Part shown: piece by piece, positions 18,047-29,033 of the stretch
Position numbering within the stretch: position 1 is the first letter of the stretch
How the letters are laid out: the number at the start of each line of letters is the position of its first letter
Source: Bacillota bacterium
Lineage (GTDB): Bacteria; Bacillota; Clostridia; Peptostreptococcales; Anaerovoracaceae
Direction: 5' to 3'
Length of the DNA: 64,000 nt
Assembly: GCA_017941085.1 (NCBI GenBank)
Contig: JAGAXF010000020.1
Span: 36,386 to 100,385, forward strand
Position numbers and translations under genes: made by a program
The notes under the pieces: generated by a model
The model's input: only the letters and a program-made list of their open reading frames with translations
Database searches by the model: none
What the model was told of the DNA's origin: nothing

Positions 18047-19993
18047 ATGATAGTTTTATCCTGTACCGGCCTGGGAAAATCCTATGGCACGGATGTAATT
18101 CTTGAAAATGTTTCGTTCCATGTAAATGCCGGCGACAGAGTCGGCATTGTTGGCGTGAACGGAGCAGGGAAAACTACTTTGATGAATATGCTTACCGGTG
18201 AATTGGAACAGGATACCGGTAGTTTTTTTATTGCCAAGGATACTTCCCTTGGATATCTAAAGCAGAGAGATTATTTTGACCCCAATAAAACCGTTCTTCA
18301 GGAGGTATCGGGAATCTTTTCCGGCCTGGATGAAATGGAAAGAGAAATATCTTCCTTAAACGATGAAATCGCTGCAGCAAAGGATGAGAAAGAGCAAAAC
18401 AGACTTTGGAATAGGCTGACAGCTCTCCAAAGCCATTTTGAAAGACAAGGTGGCTACACATATAAAAGCGAAATAACCGGAGTAATGACCTCCATGGGCT
18501 TTGGTGAGGAAAGTTATAATATGCTAACGGGAAGTCTTTCCGGAGGGGAAAGAACCCGATTGGCCTTGGCCTGTCTTCTTTTGAGAAAACCGGATATCCT
18601 TATGTTGGATGAGCCTACTAACCACTTGGATATAGGAACCCTTAAGTGGCTGGAACAGTATCTTAAGGCCTATAGCGGTACCATTATCCTCATATCTCAC
18701 GATAGATATTTCCTGGACACCCTGGTTACTCACGTATTCGATGTGGAAAACCACGGCCTAAAGGTGTATCAGGGAAATTACACTCAGTATGCGGAGAAAA
18801 AGAAGCAGGACAGGGATATTGCCCTAAAGGCATATACCAAGCAGCAGGAGGAAATCAGAAGACAGGAGGATTTAATCAGATCCTATAAGGAGCGAGGAAC
18901 GGAGAAGCTGGCAAAGAGAGCTCAGTCTCGAGAGAAGAGACTGGCCCATGTGGAAAGGCTTGAAAAACCCGGCCCTCAGCAGTCCTCCATAAAGGTTAAC
19001 TTTAGCCCCAGATTCCAAAGCGGCACAGATACCTTGCTGGGAGAGAACCTTTCCTTTGGTTATCCCGGAGGAGGAAGGGACTTATTTAAGGATGTTAACT
19101 TTGATATAAAACGAGGAGAAAAAATCTGCATAGTAGGTGACAACGGCACAGGAAAAACAACTCTTCTAAAGGTAATGATGGAGGAGCTTTCCCCGAAAAC
19201 AGGTTATGTCAAAAGGGGACACAATGTGGAACTGGGGTATTATGACCAGGGACAGTTGCTGCTGGATGACAGCCTAACGGTAATGGATGAAATTCATAAT
19301 CGCCACAGACTCATGACGGATGGTGAGGTTAGAAATATTCTGGGACGTTTTCTCTTTAGGGGAGATAGAGTATTTACCTACGTGAGAGATCTGTCCGGAG
19401 GAGAAAAGGCCAGACTCTCTCTGCTTAAGCTTATGCTTAGCGGTGCCAATACTCTTATTCTGGACGAACCCACCAATCATCTGGACATAGCATCAAAGGA
19501 AGCCTTCGAGGAGGCTTTGATGGAATATCCCGGAACGGTTATAACCGTAACCCACGACAGATATTTCCTAAGCAGAATTCCCGATAGGATTTTTGAGTTA
19601 ACTGAAGGGGGCCTAAGGGAATATCTGGGCAAATACGACTATTACCTAGAGAAAAAGAATCAGATAGAATCGGGAAAGGCCTATGTAAAATCCTTTGGCA
19701 AAGAAGAGGATAGGGAGGAAGGCAGCAGTCAAAACGTATCTGCCCGTGAATCCAGGGAGCAGAAGAAAAAGGCGGATATGGAATCCAGAAGAAGGGAAAG
19801 GGAGAACAGGCTTCTTATGGAAGAAATAGAGAAGTTGGAGGCTTCCATTAGCAAAATTGAAGAGGAAATGTGTCTTCCGGAGAATCTTTCAAATCACGAG
19901 AAATTAGCCCAACTGTCTTTGACAATGAATGAAGAAAAAAACCGACTGGAGGAGGCCTACGCCCGTTGGATGGAGATAGCCGAAAAGGGGTAA
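18047..19993 (+). CDS. ABC-F family ribosome-associated ATPase (YdiF-like)
   Basis: Two ABC cassettes (GVNGAGKT, GDNGTGKT, LSGGE, LDEPTNHLD), no TM segments, coiled-coil C-terminus; syntenic with tsaD. Confidence 0.92.
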   Translation: MIVLSCTGLGKSYGTDVILENVSFHVNAGDRVGIVGVNGAGKTTLMNMLTGELEQDTGSFFIAKDTSLGYLKQRDYFDPNKTVLQEVSGIFSGLDEMEREISSLNDEIAAAKDEKEQNRLWNRLTALQSHFERQGGYTYKSEITGVMTSMGFGEESYNMLTGSLSGGERTRLALACLLLRKPDILMLDEPTNHLDIGTLKWLEQYLKAYSGTIILISHDRYFLDTLVTHVFDVENHGLKVYQGNYTQYAEKKKQDRDIALKAYTKQQEEIRRQEDLIRSYKERGTEKLAKRAQSREKRLAHVERLEKPGPQQSSIKVNFSPRFQSGTDTLLGENLSFGYPGGGRDLFKDVNFDIKRGEKICIVGDNGTGKTTLLKVMMEELSPKTGYVKRGHNVELGYYDQGQLLLDDSLTVMDEIHNRHRLMTDGEVRNILGRFLFRGDRVFTYVRDLSGGEKARLSLLKLMLSGANTLILDEPTNHLDIASKEAFEEALMEYPGTVITVTHDRYFLSRIPDRIFELTEGGLREYLGKYDYYLEKKNQIESGKAYVKSFGKEEDREEGSSQNVSARESREQKKKADMESRRRERENRLLMEEIEKLEASISKIEEEMCLPENLSNHEKLAQLSLTMNEEKNRLEEAYARWMEIAEKG

Positions 19994-20035
19994 ATTTTCA
20001 CGAAAAACAAATAAAAAAATCCACATAAAAAACAG

Positions 20036-20064
20036 TTGCACTTGTGGCTGTAGTTGTCTATAAT
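20036..20064 (+). promoter_or_regulatory. SigmaA promoter of acpP
   Basis: TTGCAC-N17-TATAAT. Confidence 0.7.
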
Positions 20065-20131
20065 AAGCGTGTAAATCGGGGGTATGACATTTAGGAAATA
20101 TACTCATTAATACAATTGGGAGGATATAAAA

Positions 20132-20365
20132 ATGGTATTTGAAAAAATCAAGGAAATCATCATGGAGCAGCTTAGCGTTGATGAAGCAATGGTCACCATG
20201 GAGACTAACCTTATGAAGGACCTGGAGGCAGATTCACTTGATGCAGTAGAAATCATTATGGCAATCGAAGAAGAATATGATATTGAGATTCCTGATGAAG
20301 AGGCTGAGAAATTTCAACTGGTCGGTGACCTGGTAAAGTATGTAGAGGAGCAGACAGAGCAGTAA
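20132..20365 (+). CDS. acpP: Acyl carrier protein
   Basis: [27 protein letters not shown] phosphopantetheine-Ser motif. Confidence 0.96.
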   Translation: MVFEKIKEIIMEQLSVDEAMVTMETNLMKDLEADSLDAVEIIMAIEEEYDIEIPDEEAEKFQLVGDLVKYVEEQTEQ

Positions 20366-20372
20366 AACACCG

Positions 20373-20398
20373 CCCGCCTAAAAAGGCGGGTTTATTTT
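20373..20398 (+). terminator. Intrinsic terminator after acpP
   Basis: CCCGCC-TAAAAA-GGCGGG-TTTATTTT. Confidence 0.65.
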
Positions 20399-20417
20399 AA
20401 CGCGAGGTTAAATAAAT

Positions 20418-21086
20418 ATGAAGAACGCTAAAATATCAAATGCTGTAATCAATAGATTACCCAGATATAGAAGATATCTTCTGGAGCTTCAGAAGAAGGG
20501 CGTGGAGAAAATATCATCAAAGGAGTTTAGCTCTCTTATTGGCTATACAGCGTCCCAGATTAGACAGGATTTAAATAACTTTGGTGGATTTGGTCAACAG
20601 GGCTATGGATACAGTGTTGAAGGCCTAAGGGAGGAAATCGATGCTATCCTTGGACTGGACAAGGAATACCGAATGGTTATTATCGGTGCAGGAAACCTGG
20701 GTCAGGCCATTACCAAGTACACTCAAACCATCAAAGGGGGCTTTAAGATTTCCGGTGTATTTGAAAAAAACAAGGAACTCATAGGCAATATGCTGGAAGG
20801 CATAGAAATAATGGACTATGAGGATATTGTAGACTTTGTTGAGAAGGAAAAAATAGATATAGGTATTATCTGCGTTAATAGGGAAAGTGCCCAGGAAGTG
20901 GCGGACAAGCTTTGCTTTGCAGGAGTTAAAGGCATCTGGAGCTTTGCCAGAGTAGATATTGAGGTGCCAAAGCATGTAGCCTTGGAGGTGGTTCATCTTT
21001 CCGATAGCCTTCATACCTTGGCCTACAGAATGAATGATATAAAAAAGAGCGGCACCAGAAAAAACAAAGAGGACAAAAAAGAGTAA
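20418..21086 (+). CDS. rex: Redox-sensing transcriptional repressor Rex
   Basis: RLPRYRRYL, QIRQDLNNFGGFGQQGYGY and GAGNLGQA motifs. Confidence 0.96.
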   Translation: MKNAKISNAVINRLPRYRRYLLELQKKGVEKISSKEFSSLIGYTASQIRQDLNNFGGFGQQGYGYSVEGLREEIDAILGLDKEYRMVIIGAGNLGQAITKYTQTIKGGFKISGVFEKNKELIGNMLEGIEIMDYEDIVDFVEKEKIDIGIICVNRESAQEVADKLCFAGVKGIWSFARVDIEVPKHVALEVVHLSDSLHTLAYRMNDIKKSGTRKNKEDKKE

Positions 21087-21122
21087 AAAAAGTAGGCTGC
21101 TGTTTGCAGCCTACAGTTTTTT
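21085..21122. terminator. Bidirectional terminator between rex and ferredoxin
   Basis: A-tract, GTAGGCTGC-TGTTT-GCAGCCTAC, T-tract. Confidence 0.75.
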
Positions 21123-21130
21123 ACTTCTAA

Positions 21131-21301
21131 TTAGCCAGCGTGTGGTGCGTCTACAGGGCAATTCTCAAGGCAAGAACCACAATCAATGCACTGACCTGCG
21201 TCGATAACATACTGTGTATCTCCCTCGGAAATGCATCCTACAGGGCAATCAGCAGCACATGCGCCACAACTAATACAAGCATCAGAAATTACATATGCCA
21301 T
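21131..21301 (-). CDS. fdx: Clostridial-type 2[4Fe-4S] ferredoxin, 56 aa (absent from the ORF track)
   Basis: Manual translation MAYVISDACISCGACAADCPVGCISEGDTQYVIDAGQCIDCGSCLENCPVDAPHAG gives two CxxCxxCxxxCP motifs. SD AGGAGG upstream. Confidence 0.97.
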   Translation of the reverse strand: MAYVISDACISCGACAADCPVGCISEGDTQYVIDAGQCIDCGSCLENCPVDAPHAG

Positions 21302-21465
21302 ATTAATATCCTCCTTAACTAAGACATTTGTCTATATTTCGTCATTATTATAACAGTTGTAAATATGGTTGTAAAGCGAATTTTGATTAGGGGATACTAA
21401 CGTAAATTAGTTGATTTTTGGGGCTTTTGGCCCAGTGGTTTATACAGTTAACCAGGTGAAATGAA

Positions 21466-22326
21466 ATGAAGGTATATTCACTTACAGGATCCAGCGGAAC
21501 AGGTAAGTCCTATCAGGCTCCCGGGGTCATGACAGAAAAAGGAATAGATATGTTAATCGATGACGGTCTTCTTATCTACCAGGATCTGGTGGAGGCAGGA
21601 GTATCGGCAAAGAGACAAAAGACCAGAGTAGGGGCAATTAAAACTGCTCTATTTACCGATGAAGAACATAGAAAAACTGTGGCGGAAAAAATCAGACAAC
21701 TGAATCCCGCTTCCATTTTAATTGTAGGTACGTCGGACAAGATGACGGATGTAATTGCAGAAAGGCTGGAACTACCGCCGGTAGAAGAAAGAATATATAT
21801 AGAAGATATAACCACAGAAGCGGAAAGGTATAAGGCGGGAAAATCCAGAGAGCAGCAGGGGAAACATGTAATTCCCGTTCCCACAGTTCAGCTTAAGCGA
21901 GACTTTGCCGGGTATTTTATGAACCCGGAAATGCTTATAAGAAGGGCCAAGGATATGTCAGACAAAGCCCAGGAAGCTATTAAGAATCCCGGGGCATTTC
22001 TTCCTTGGGGTAAGGACCATGAAACCGCTAAAACAGTGGTAAGACCAACCTATAGCTATTTAGGTGACTTCATAATAAATGACAAGGTAGTTACGGATAT
22101 AGCAAAGCTGGTTGGAGGAGAAATAGAGGGAGTAAGCAAGGTAGTCAGTGTATATGAAAATACTGAGCCGGATAACCTTAAAATAGTTGTGGTTCTGGAT
22201 TTGGACAGAGAGACTAAGATTTGGGAGACTGCAATTAAGTTTCAGAAAAGGTTAATGGAAGTGGTGGAGACGATGACCGCCTTTAATGTGGTGTCTTCGG
22301 ATATAGAAATAAGGAAGCTGGTATGA
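21466..22326 (+). CDS. Uncharacterised P-loop protein with C-terminal Asp23/Gls24-like domain
   Basis: Walker A GSSGTGKS at the N-terminus; C-terminal ~100 aa resembles Asp23. Confidence 0.65.
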   Translation: MKVYSLTGSSGTGKSYQAPGVMTEKGIDMLIDDGLLIYQDLVEAGVSAKRQKTRVGAIKTALFTDEEHRKTVAEKIRQLNPASILIVGTSDKMTDVIAERLELPPVEERIYIEDITTEAERYKAGKSREQQGKHVIPVPTVQLKRDFAGYFMNPEMLIRRAKDMSDKAQEAIKNPGAFLPWGKDHETAKTVVRPTYSYLGDFIINDKVVTDIAKLVGGEIEGVSKVVSVYENTEPDNLKIVVVLDLDRETKIWETAIKFQKRLMEVVETMTAFNVVSSDIEIRKLV

Positions 22327-23195
22327 GTGATATCATTATCGAAAATGTAAAGGACTTTAATCCGGACCATATCTTTGATTGTGGGCAATGTTTCAGATGG
22401 CGAAGGGAAGCCGACGGTAGTTGGACGGGAATCGCCGGTAAAAGAATAGCTAATATAGGATATGTGCCCGGATTAAAAGAGGTTCACATAAATGAATTGG
22501 ATAAGAAGGGATCCCGGGATTTAAAGGAATCGGAAGAATTCTGGAGGAACTATCTGGATTTAAATCGTGATTACGGCAAAATAAAAAGAAGTCTTTCCAA
22601 AAAGGATCCCCTTATGAAGGAAGCTATTGCCAGTGGAGAAGGGATTCGTATTCTCAACCAGGATCTTTGGGAAACCATCATCTCATTTATTATTTCACAG
22701 AACAATAATATTCCCAGAATTAAGGGTTGTATAGAAAGGCTGTCGGAGGTGGCAGGTGAAAATATTCCCCTGACCGGCGGTAAAAGGGCAGGGAAGGAAC
22801 TGGAGGATTTAGGTCTAAATCCCAGAACTTTGCCCGGGCCTAAAAAGCTGGCCTCCATGAGGGAAGAAGATTTAAAAGAGGTTAGATTGGGGTATAGAGC
22901 TAAATACCTGATTAAAGCAGGAGAAGAGATTTTGGAAAGGGGTCTTCCTAATAATTACGAGGAGGTTCTGGCCCTTACGGGGGTGGGACCAAAGGTAGCA
23001 AATTGTATCGGCCTATTTGGACTTCATAATGAAGCCAGTTTTCCCATCGATGTATGGGTTAAGAGAGTTATGAAGGAGCTCTACGGCTTTGATGAAGGGG
23101 ATGTTAAAGGAATGGCAGAATTTGCAGAGAAAAACTTTGGTAAGCTAAGCGGAATAGCTCAACAATATCTTTTCTACTACATACGAGAGAAATAG
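22323..23195 (+). CDS. ogg: 8-oxoguanine DNA glycosylase (Ogg, HhH-GPD)
   Basis: CGQCFRW, ISQNNNIPRI, GLGYRAKY-like, GVGPKVANC and FPIDVW motifs. Confidence 0.9.
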   Translation: MSDIIIENVKDFNPDHIFDCGQCFRWRREADGSWTGIAGKRIANIGYVPGLKEVHINELDKKGSRDLKESEEFWRNYLDLNRDYGKIKRSLSKKDPLMKEAIASGEGIRILNQDLWETIISFIISQNNNIPRIKGCIERLSEVAGENIPLTGGKRAGKELEDLGLNPRTLPGPKKLASMREEDLKEVRLGYRAKYLIKAGEEILERGLPNNYEEVLALTGVGPKVANCIGLFGLHNEASFPIDVWVKRVMKELYGFDEGDVKGMAEFAEKNFGKLSGIAQQYLFYYIREK

Positions 23196-23206
23196 TAAAA
23201 ACTCTA

Positions 23207-23235
23207 TTGACATTGTACATTAAAAAGACTACAAT
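23207..23235 (+). promoter_or_regulatory. SigmaA promoter of groESL
   Basis: TTGACA-N17-TACAAT. Confidence 0.85.
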
Positions 23236-23245
23236 AAGTTCTGGG

Positions 23246-23272
23246 TTAGCACTCTCTAGTCTAGAGTGCTAA
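23246..23272. promoter_or_regulatory. CIRCE element (HrcA operator)
   Basis: Exact TTAGCACTC-N9-GAGTGCTAA between the promoter and groES. Confidence 0.98.
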
Positions 23273-23332
23273 AATAATGCCCGCAGATTATGTAATATAA
23301 AAATCTAAATATATTAACCGGGAGGTAATGAA

Positions 23333-23617
23333 ATGGCAAAATCGATTGGAATCAAACCGCTGGGAAGCAGAGTTTTGATCAAAAAAGTTGAAGCTGAGGA
23401 GAAGTCCGAGGGCGGAATCATCCTTACAAGTTCAGCAAAAGAAAAACCGCAGATTGCAGAGGTTGTGGCAATTGGTCCCGGAACCAAGGATGAACCTATG
23501 CAGGTAAAGGTTGGAGACAAGGTTGTATTCTCCAAATATGCGGGAACAGATATAAAGTTTGAGGGTAAGGAATATACTCTCATGAACCAGTCGGATATTC
23601 TGGCTACAGTAAACTAA
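23333..23617 (+). CDS. groES: Co-chaperonin GroES
   Basis: IKPLGSRV, GGIIL and KYAGT motifs. Confidence 0.98.
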   Translation: MAKSIGIKPLGSRVLIKKVEAEEKSEGGIILTSSAKEKPQIAEVVAIGPGTKDEPMQVKVGDKVVFSKYAGTDIKFEGKEYTLMNQSDILATVN

Positions 23618-23640
23618 TTAGAAATAACTATTGGAGGTAG

Positions 23641-25281
<1,641 letters not shown>

Positions 25282-25297
25282 TTAATAAGCAAAGTCT

Positions 25298-25331
25298 GAG
25301 AGACGGCTCCCTATGAGGGCCGTCTCTTTTA
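25298..25331 (+). terminator. Intrinsic terminator after groEL
   Basis: GAGACGGC..GCCGTCTC-TTTT. Confidence 0.8.
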
Positions 25332-25349
25332 TGTTATAATCATAGAGTT

Positions 25350-26600
25350 ATGAGCAAGAAAGAGCATGGAGGAGAAACCCCTCTCTGGACAAAGAATTTT
25401 ACCATAATAACCATAGGCACATTAATTTCCTTAATTGGAAATGCCATTGCCGGATTCGCCACAGGCCTATTGGTTCTGGATTATACCGGCTCTGTCTTTT
25501 TGTTTGCAATTTATCTTATTCTTTTTGAGGCTCCCAGGATTTTTATGCCTAGTCTGGCGGGACCTTTTCTGGATAAGTTCTCCAGACGAAAGGCTATTTA
25601 CACTTTAGACTTTTTATCCGCTGCAGTTTACGGTATTTTCGGATTAGTCCTTTTAAAAGGTGAAATCAATTTTGTGCTGCTGGTAATAGGAGCTTCTCTT
25701 CTGGGGGCCATAAGCAGCGTATATACCGTTGCTTACGATAGCTTTTATCCCTTGCTAATAACCAAGGGTAATATGGGAAAAGCCTATTCCATTTCCAGTA
25801 CCATGGAATCTCTGGTAATGGTGGTTACGCCTCTTTCCATATTCCTATATCATCAAATAGGAATAGCTCCTTTGTTCTTTATTAATATGGCATCCTTCTT
25901 TATTGCCGCTGTATTTGAAACTCAAATTAAAGTGGAAGAAAAGTATGTGGTAAAGGAAGGGGAGAAGTTTGGCCTAAGTCAATACAAGAAAACCTTTATA
26001 GAAGGCATGGAGTATCTTAAGTCAGAAGCAGGCCTTAGATGTATTGTGTTTTATTTTATGTTCTCTTCCTTTAGCGGAGGAGGACATATGATTGTGGGGC
26101 TGCCATACTTTAGAGACACCTATGGTATGCGAGGAGAATATATTTATATTTTCGTAATGGCCTTTGAAATGATTGGAAGGGTAATTGCCGGAGCCTTTCA
26201 TTATAGATTTAAGATTAAACCTCAAAACAAATTCATAATTGCATTTATCGTATATACCAGCATAGCCATTATAGGAGGTATTTACCTCTATCTGCCTGTT
26301 TGGACCATGATGATCTTGGTATTTATAATGGGGGCCATGGCCATGACCTCATATAACATAAGAATATCAACCACTCAACGCTATGTACCGGACGAAAAGA
26401 AGGGTAGGTTCAATGGAACCTTCCAAATGATGAATACCTTTGGCGTGATGTTGGGAGAATTCCTTGCCGGCGGTATGGCGGATTATATGGATAAGAGATT
26501 GGTTGTAGTAATGTTTTCCGCAGTGGAATTTATCGCTGCCTGGTTAATCATGTATAGAGGTAGAGAGCATGTTGGCCAAATATATAATCAGGAGACCTAA
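25350..26600 (+). CDS. MFS transporter (DHA3/macrolide-efflux-like)
   Basis: About 12 hydrophobic segments; GPFLDKFSRRK motif A. Confidence 0.85.
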   Translation: MSKKEHGGETPLWTKNFTIITIGTLISLIGNAIAGFATGLLVLDYTGSVFLFAIYLILFEAPRIFMPSLAGPFLDKFSRRKAIYTLDFLSAAVYGIFGLVLLKGEINFVLLVIGASLLGAISSVYTVAYDSFYPLLITKGNMGKAYSISSTMESLVMVVTPLSIFLYHQIGIAPLFFINMASFFIAAVFETQIKVEEKYVVKEGEKFGLSQYKKTFIEGMEYLKSEAGLRCIVFYFMFSSFSGGGHMIVGLPYFRDTYGMRGEYIYIFVMAFEMIGRVIAGAFHYRFKIKPQNKFIIAFIVYTSIAIIGGIYLYLPVWTMMILVFIMGAMAMTSYNIRISTTQRYVPDEKKGRFNGTFQMMNTFGVMLGEFLAGGMADYMDKRLVVVMFSAVEFIAAWLIMYRGREHVGQIYNQET

Positions 26601-26602
26601 AA

Positions 26603-27946
26603 GTGTTTGAGCTACCCAAGGAAGTAGAAAGAATAATGGAAATTATTACGAATGCAGGCTTTGATGCTTATTTGGTAGGAGGTTGCATTCGTGATTTTTT
26701 AATGGGGGAAAAACCAAAGGACTTTGATGTGACTACAGACGCCACACCGGAAGAGATTCATAGGGTGTTTGATTCCCGGGGAGAGGTCCATTTAATAGAT
26801 ACAGGTATTAAGCAGGGAACCGTTACGGCTATTCTAAACCATGTGCCGGTGGAGGTTACCACCTTTAGAAGGGAATCCGGCTATAGCGACAATAGACATC
26901 CTGACCAGGTAACCTTTAGCAAATCCATTGAGGATGATCTGGCCAGACGGGATTTTACAATGAACGCTATTGCTTATAATCCCAGGGGAAATGGGGAATT
27001 TGTCGACTTATATTATGGACAGGTTGACATTAAAAATAGCCTTGTTAAGGCGGTGGGAGATCCTGATGAAAGGTTTAGGGAGGATGCCCTAAGGATAATG
27101 AGAGCACTGAGATTTGCTTCCCAACTGGACTTTGAAATAGATGAAGCCACTGCCCGGGCAATGAAGACCCTTAAGGACAGTTTGAATAATATAAGCAGGG
27201 AGAGGATACAGAAGGAATTGGAGGGAATTCTTTGTGGCAAAGCCGTTGAAAGGATTCTGAGGGATTATAGGGAGATTATTGAAGTGATAATTCCTGAAAT
27301 TACTCCCATGGTAGGATTAGACCAGTGTACTCCCTATCATATTTATGACGTATGGGAGCATACTATTAGAGTGGTTTCCGGCATTTCTCCGGAGCCGGTT
27401 CTAAGGCTGGCAGCTTTATTCCACGACATTGGAAAACCTTCCTGCTTTACAAAGGATGAAGAAGGAGTGGGGCACTTTTATGGGCATCCTGAGGTAAGCA
27501 CGGAAATTGCTCGAGGAATAATGAATAGACTTAAGTTTGATAATCACTCCAAGGATAAGGTGCTCACTTTGGTTAGATGGCATGACTTAAGACCTGAACC
27601 AACGGAAAGATCCCTTAGACGAGTTCTTGTTAAATTGGGTAAGGAAAACTTTGATGGATGGATACAAATAAAGAGGGCAGATAATAGAGCTCAGTCCCAC
27701 TTTGTTTCAGACAGGCAAGTGGTAATAGACCAATTGGAGGAAATAGGCCATAGGTTGATTGAAAGGGAAGGAGTTCTGTCGGTAAAAAGCCTGGATATAA
27801 GCGGAAGAGATCTTATGAATTTGGGCTTAAAGGAAGGTCCTTCTGTTGGAAGGATTCTTAAGCTGCTGCTGGAGGATGTTATGGAACAAAGAATATCCAA
27901 TAGCCATGACGAATTAATCAATAGAGCTAAAAAATATTTACAATAA
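26603..27946 (+). CDS. cca: CCA-adding tRNA nucleotidyltransferase with HD domain
   Basis: VGGCIRD, DFDVTT, DLARRDFTMNA, EDALRIMRALRF and LFHDIGKP motifs; GTG start. Confidence 0.92.
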   Translation: MFELPKEVERIMEIITNAGFDAYLVGGCIRDFLMGEKPKDFDVTTDATPEEIHRVFDSRGEVHLIDTGIKQGTVTAILNHVPVEVTTFRRESGYSDNRHPDQVTFSKSIEDDLARRDFTMNAIAYNPRGNGEFVDLYYGQVDIKNSLVKAVGDPDERFREDALRIMRALRFASQLDFEIDEATARAMKTLKDSLNNISRERIQKELEGILCGKAVERILRDYREIIEVIIPEITPMVGLDQCTPYHIYDVWEHTIRVVSGISPEPVLRLAALFHDIGKPSCFTKDEEGVGHFYGHPEVSTEIARGIMNRLKFDNHSKDKVLTLVRWHDLRPEPTERSLRRVLVKLGKENFDGWIQIKRADNRAQSHFVSDRQVVIDQLEEIGHRLIEREGVLSVKSLDISGRDLMNLGLKEGPSVGRILKLLLEDVMEQRISNSHDELINRAKKYLQ

Positions 27947-27965
27947 TAGATTGTCGTGATAGAAT
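27937..27965 (+). promoter_or_regulatory. SigmaA promoter for tRNA-Ala
   Basis: TTTACA-N17-TAGAAT with extended TG. Confidence 0.65.
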
Positions 27966-27998
27966 ATCATCCGTGGGAAATAACCCCGCGGATAATTT

Positions 27999-28074
27999 GG
28001 GGCTTTAGCGCAGCTGGGAGCGCGTTTGACTGGCAGTCAAGAGGTCACGGGTTCGAGCCCCGTAAGCTCCACCA
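27999..28074 (+). tRNA. tRNA-Ala (anticodon GGC)
   Basis: 76-nt cloverleaf: acceptor GGGGCTT/AAGCTCC with G3:U70, anticodon loop CT-GGC-AG, TTCGA T-loop, encoded CCA. Confidence 0.97.
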
Positions 28075-28079
28075 TAACG

Positions 28080-28108
28080 AAATGACCACTATCAGGTGGT
28101 CATTTTCA
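28080..28108 (+). terminator. Terminator after tRNA-Ala
   Basis: AAATGACCAC-N6-GTGGTCATTT-T. Confidence 0.75.
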
Positions 28109-28203
28109 TTATACGTAGAATAGAAGGGGTTCGGACCCGTCGGGTTGGGAAACCTACCCCGGTGATTGGCGAGCCGAAGGGCTCGCACTCCCACCACGTA
28201 TAA
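28109..28203. repeat. Multi-hairpin GC-rich element bounded by 8-bp inverted repeats (REP/MITE-like)
   Basis: TTATACGT ... ACGTATAA ends enclose hairpins GGGT-TCGG-ACCC, GGTTGG-GAAA-CCTACC and GCGAGC-CGAAGG-GCTCGC. Confidence 0.45.
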
Positions 28204-28255
28204 AGGAGAAGATATTACTAAATGGTGGGGTTATAAGCGCATTTTTCTATGGCGT

Positions 28256-28987
28256 TTATGATTTTCCTTGTTCCACTTCTTTTATTTCTTTGTCTGAGGC
28301 TTCCTTCAAGGAATAGGTGTCAAAGGCAGCTTCCTCCGGAAGCTGTATTTCTATTCTGCTGATTTTGTCCAAATAGGCTTTTCCCTCCGTCAGTGAAAGG
28401 TCAAAGACGTGGCCTCCTTTGCTACGATCCTCAGAAACAAAGTGAAGGTGCCAGCCGGGAGCATTGATTCCATCCATATAGTCAGGGAAATAAACACATA
28501 CCATGGTGCCTTTAATATCATTAAAGACAAAATCCTTTTGAGTCTTCTTAAGGACTTCCTTCAAGGTGATGTGCTGAGAACGATAGGGAGCCTCGCTGCG
28601 GGCCATAACCTTACTGAAGGTGCCCTCGATTCTGGCTATGTGCATACTGTTTAAGCCGAAGTCTTCTTCAATTTTTAAATTCAAAATTGTCTTTAATCCA
28701 TCTATGTCCTGGACTTTTTCCAACCCAAAGTTCCTATTTCCGGAAAACCGGGTTATGGCACAGAAGGGCACGCCGGTTTCTTCCCCCACTTCCTCAATAT
28801 TGCCATTTTCGTCGGCCCTATAGGGATGTCCGTCAACTAAAATCATTTCTCCGTTTACATCCTCATAGGTTCCCAGACCAATATCGCCGTGGGTAAGAAG
28901 ATCCTTTACCTTGATTACGGAACGGGTGTATCCCATGGCCAAAGCCTGCAGCGTAGATACCTGGTACAAGGTTTCCTTATCATTCAT
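28256..28987 (-). CDS. alsD: Alpha-acetolactate decarboxylase
   Basis: YQVSTLQAL, GDIGLGT..NGE and G(W)HLHF Zn motifs. Confidence 0.92.
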   Translation of the reverse strand: MNDKETLYQVSTLQALAMGYTRSVIKVKDLLTHGDIGLGTYEDVNGEMILVDGHPYRADENGNIEEVGEETGVPFCAITRFSGNRNFGLEKVQDIDGLKTILNLKIEEDFGLNSMHIARIEGTFSKVMARSEAPYRSQHITLKEVLKKTQKDFVFNDIKGTMVCVYFPDYMDGINAPGWHLHFVSEDRSKGGHVFDLSLTEGKAYLDKISRIEIQLPEEAAFDTYSLKEASDKEIKEVEQGKS

Positions 28988-29033
28988 AAACTAAACTCCC
29001 AATAGCAGAATTGACTTTCTCTTGGCTTAAAAC

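Noticed and set aside
21140-21322. 60-aa plus-strand ORF from the track
   Set aside because: Antisense shadow of the real ferredoxin at 21131-21301(-).
21302-21465. Rex operator upstream of the ferredoxin
   Set aside because: No convincing TTGTTAA-N4-TTAACAA-like palindrome found by eye.
28030-28036. C32-G38 pairing potential in the tRNA-Ala(GGC) anticodon loop
   Set aside because: A 32-38 pair (A-U or C-G) is a known conserved feature of tRNA-Ala(GGC), so it is not novel.
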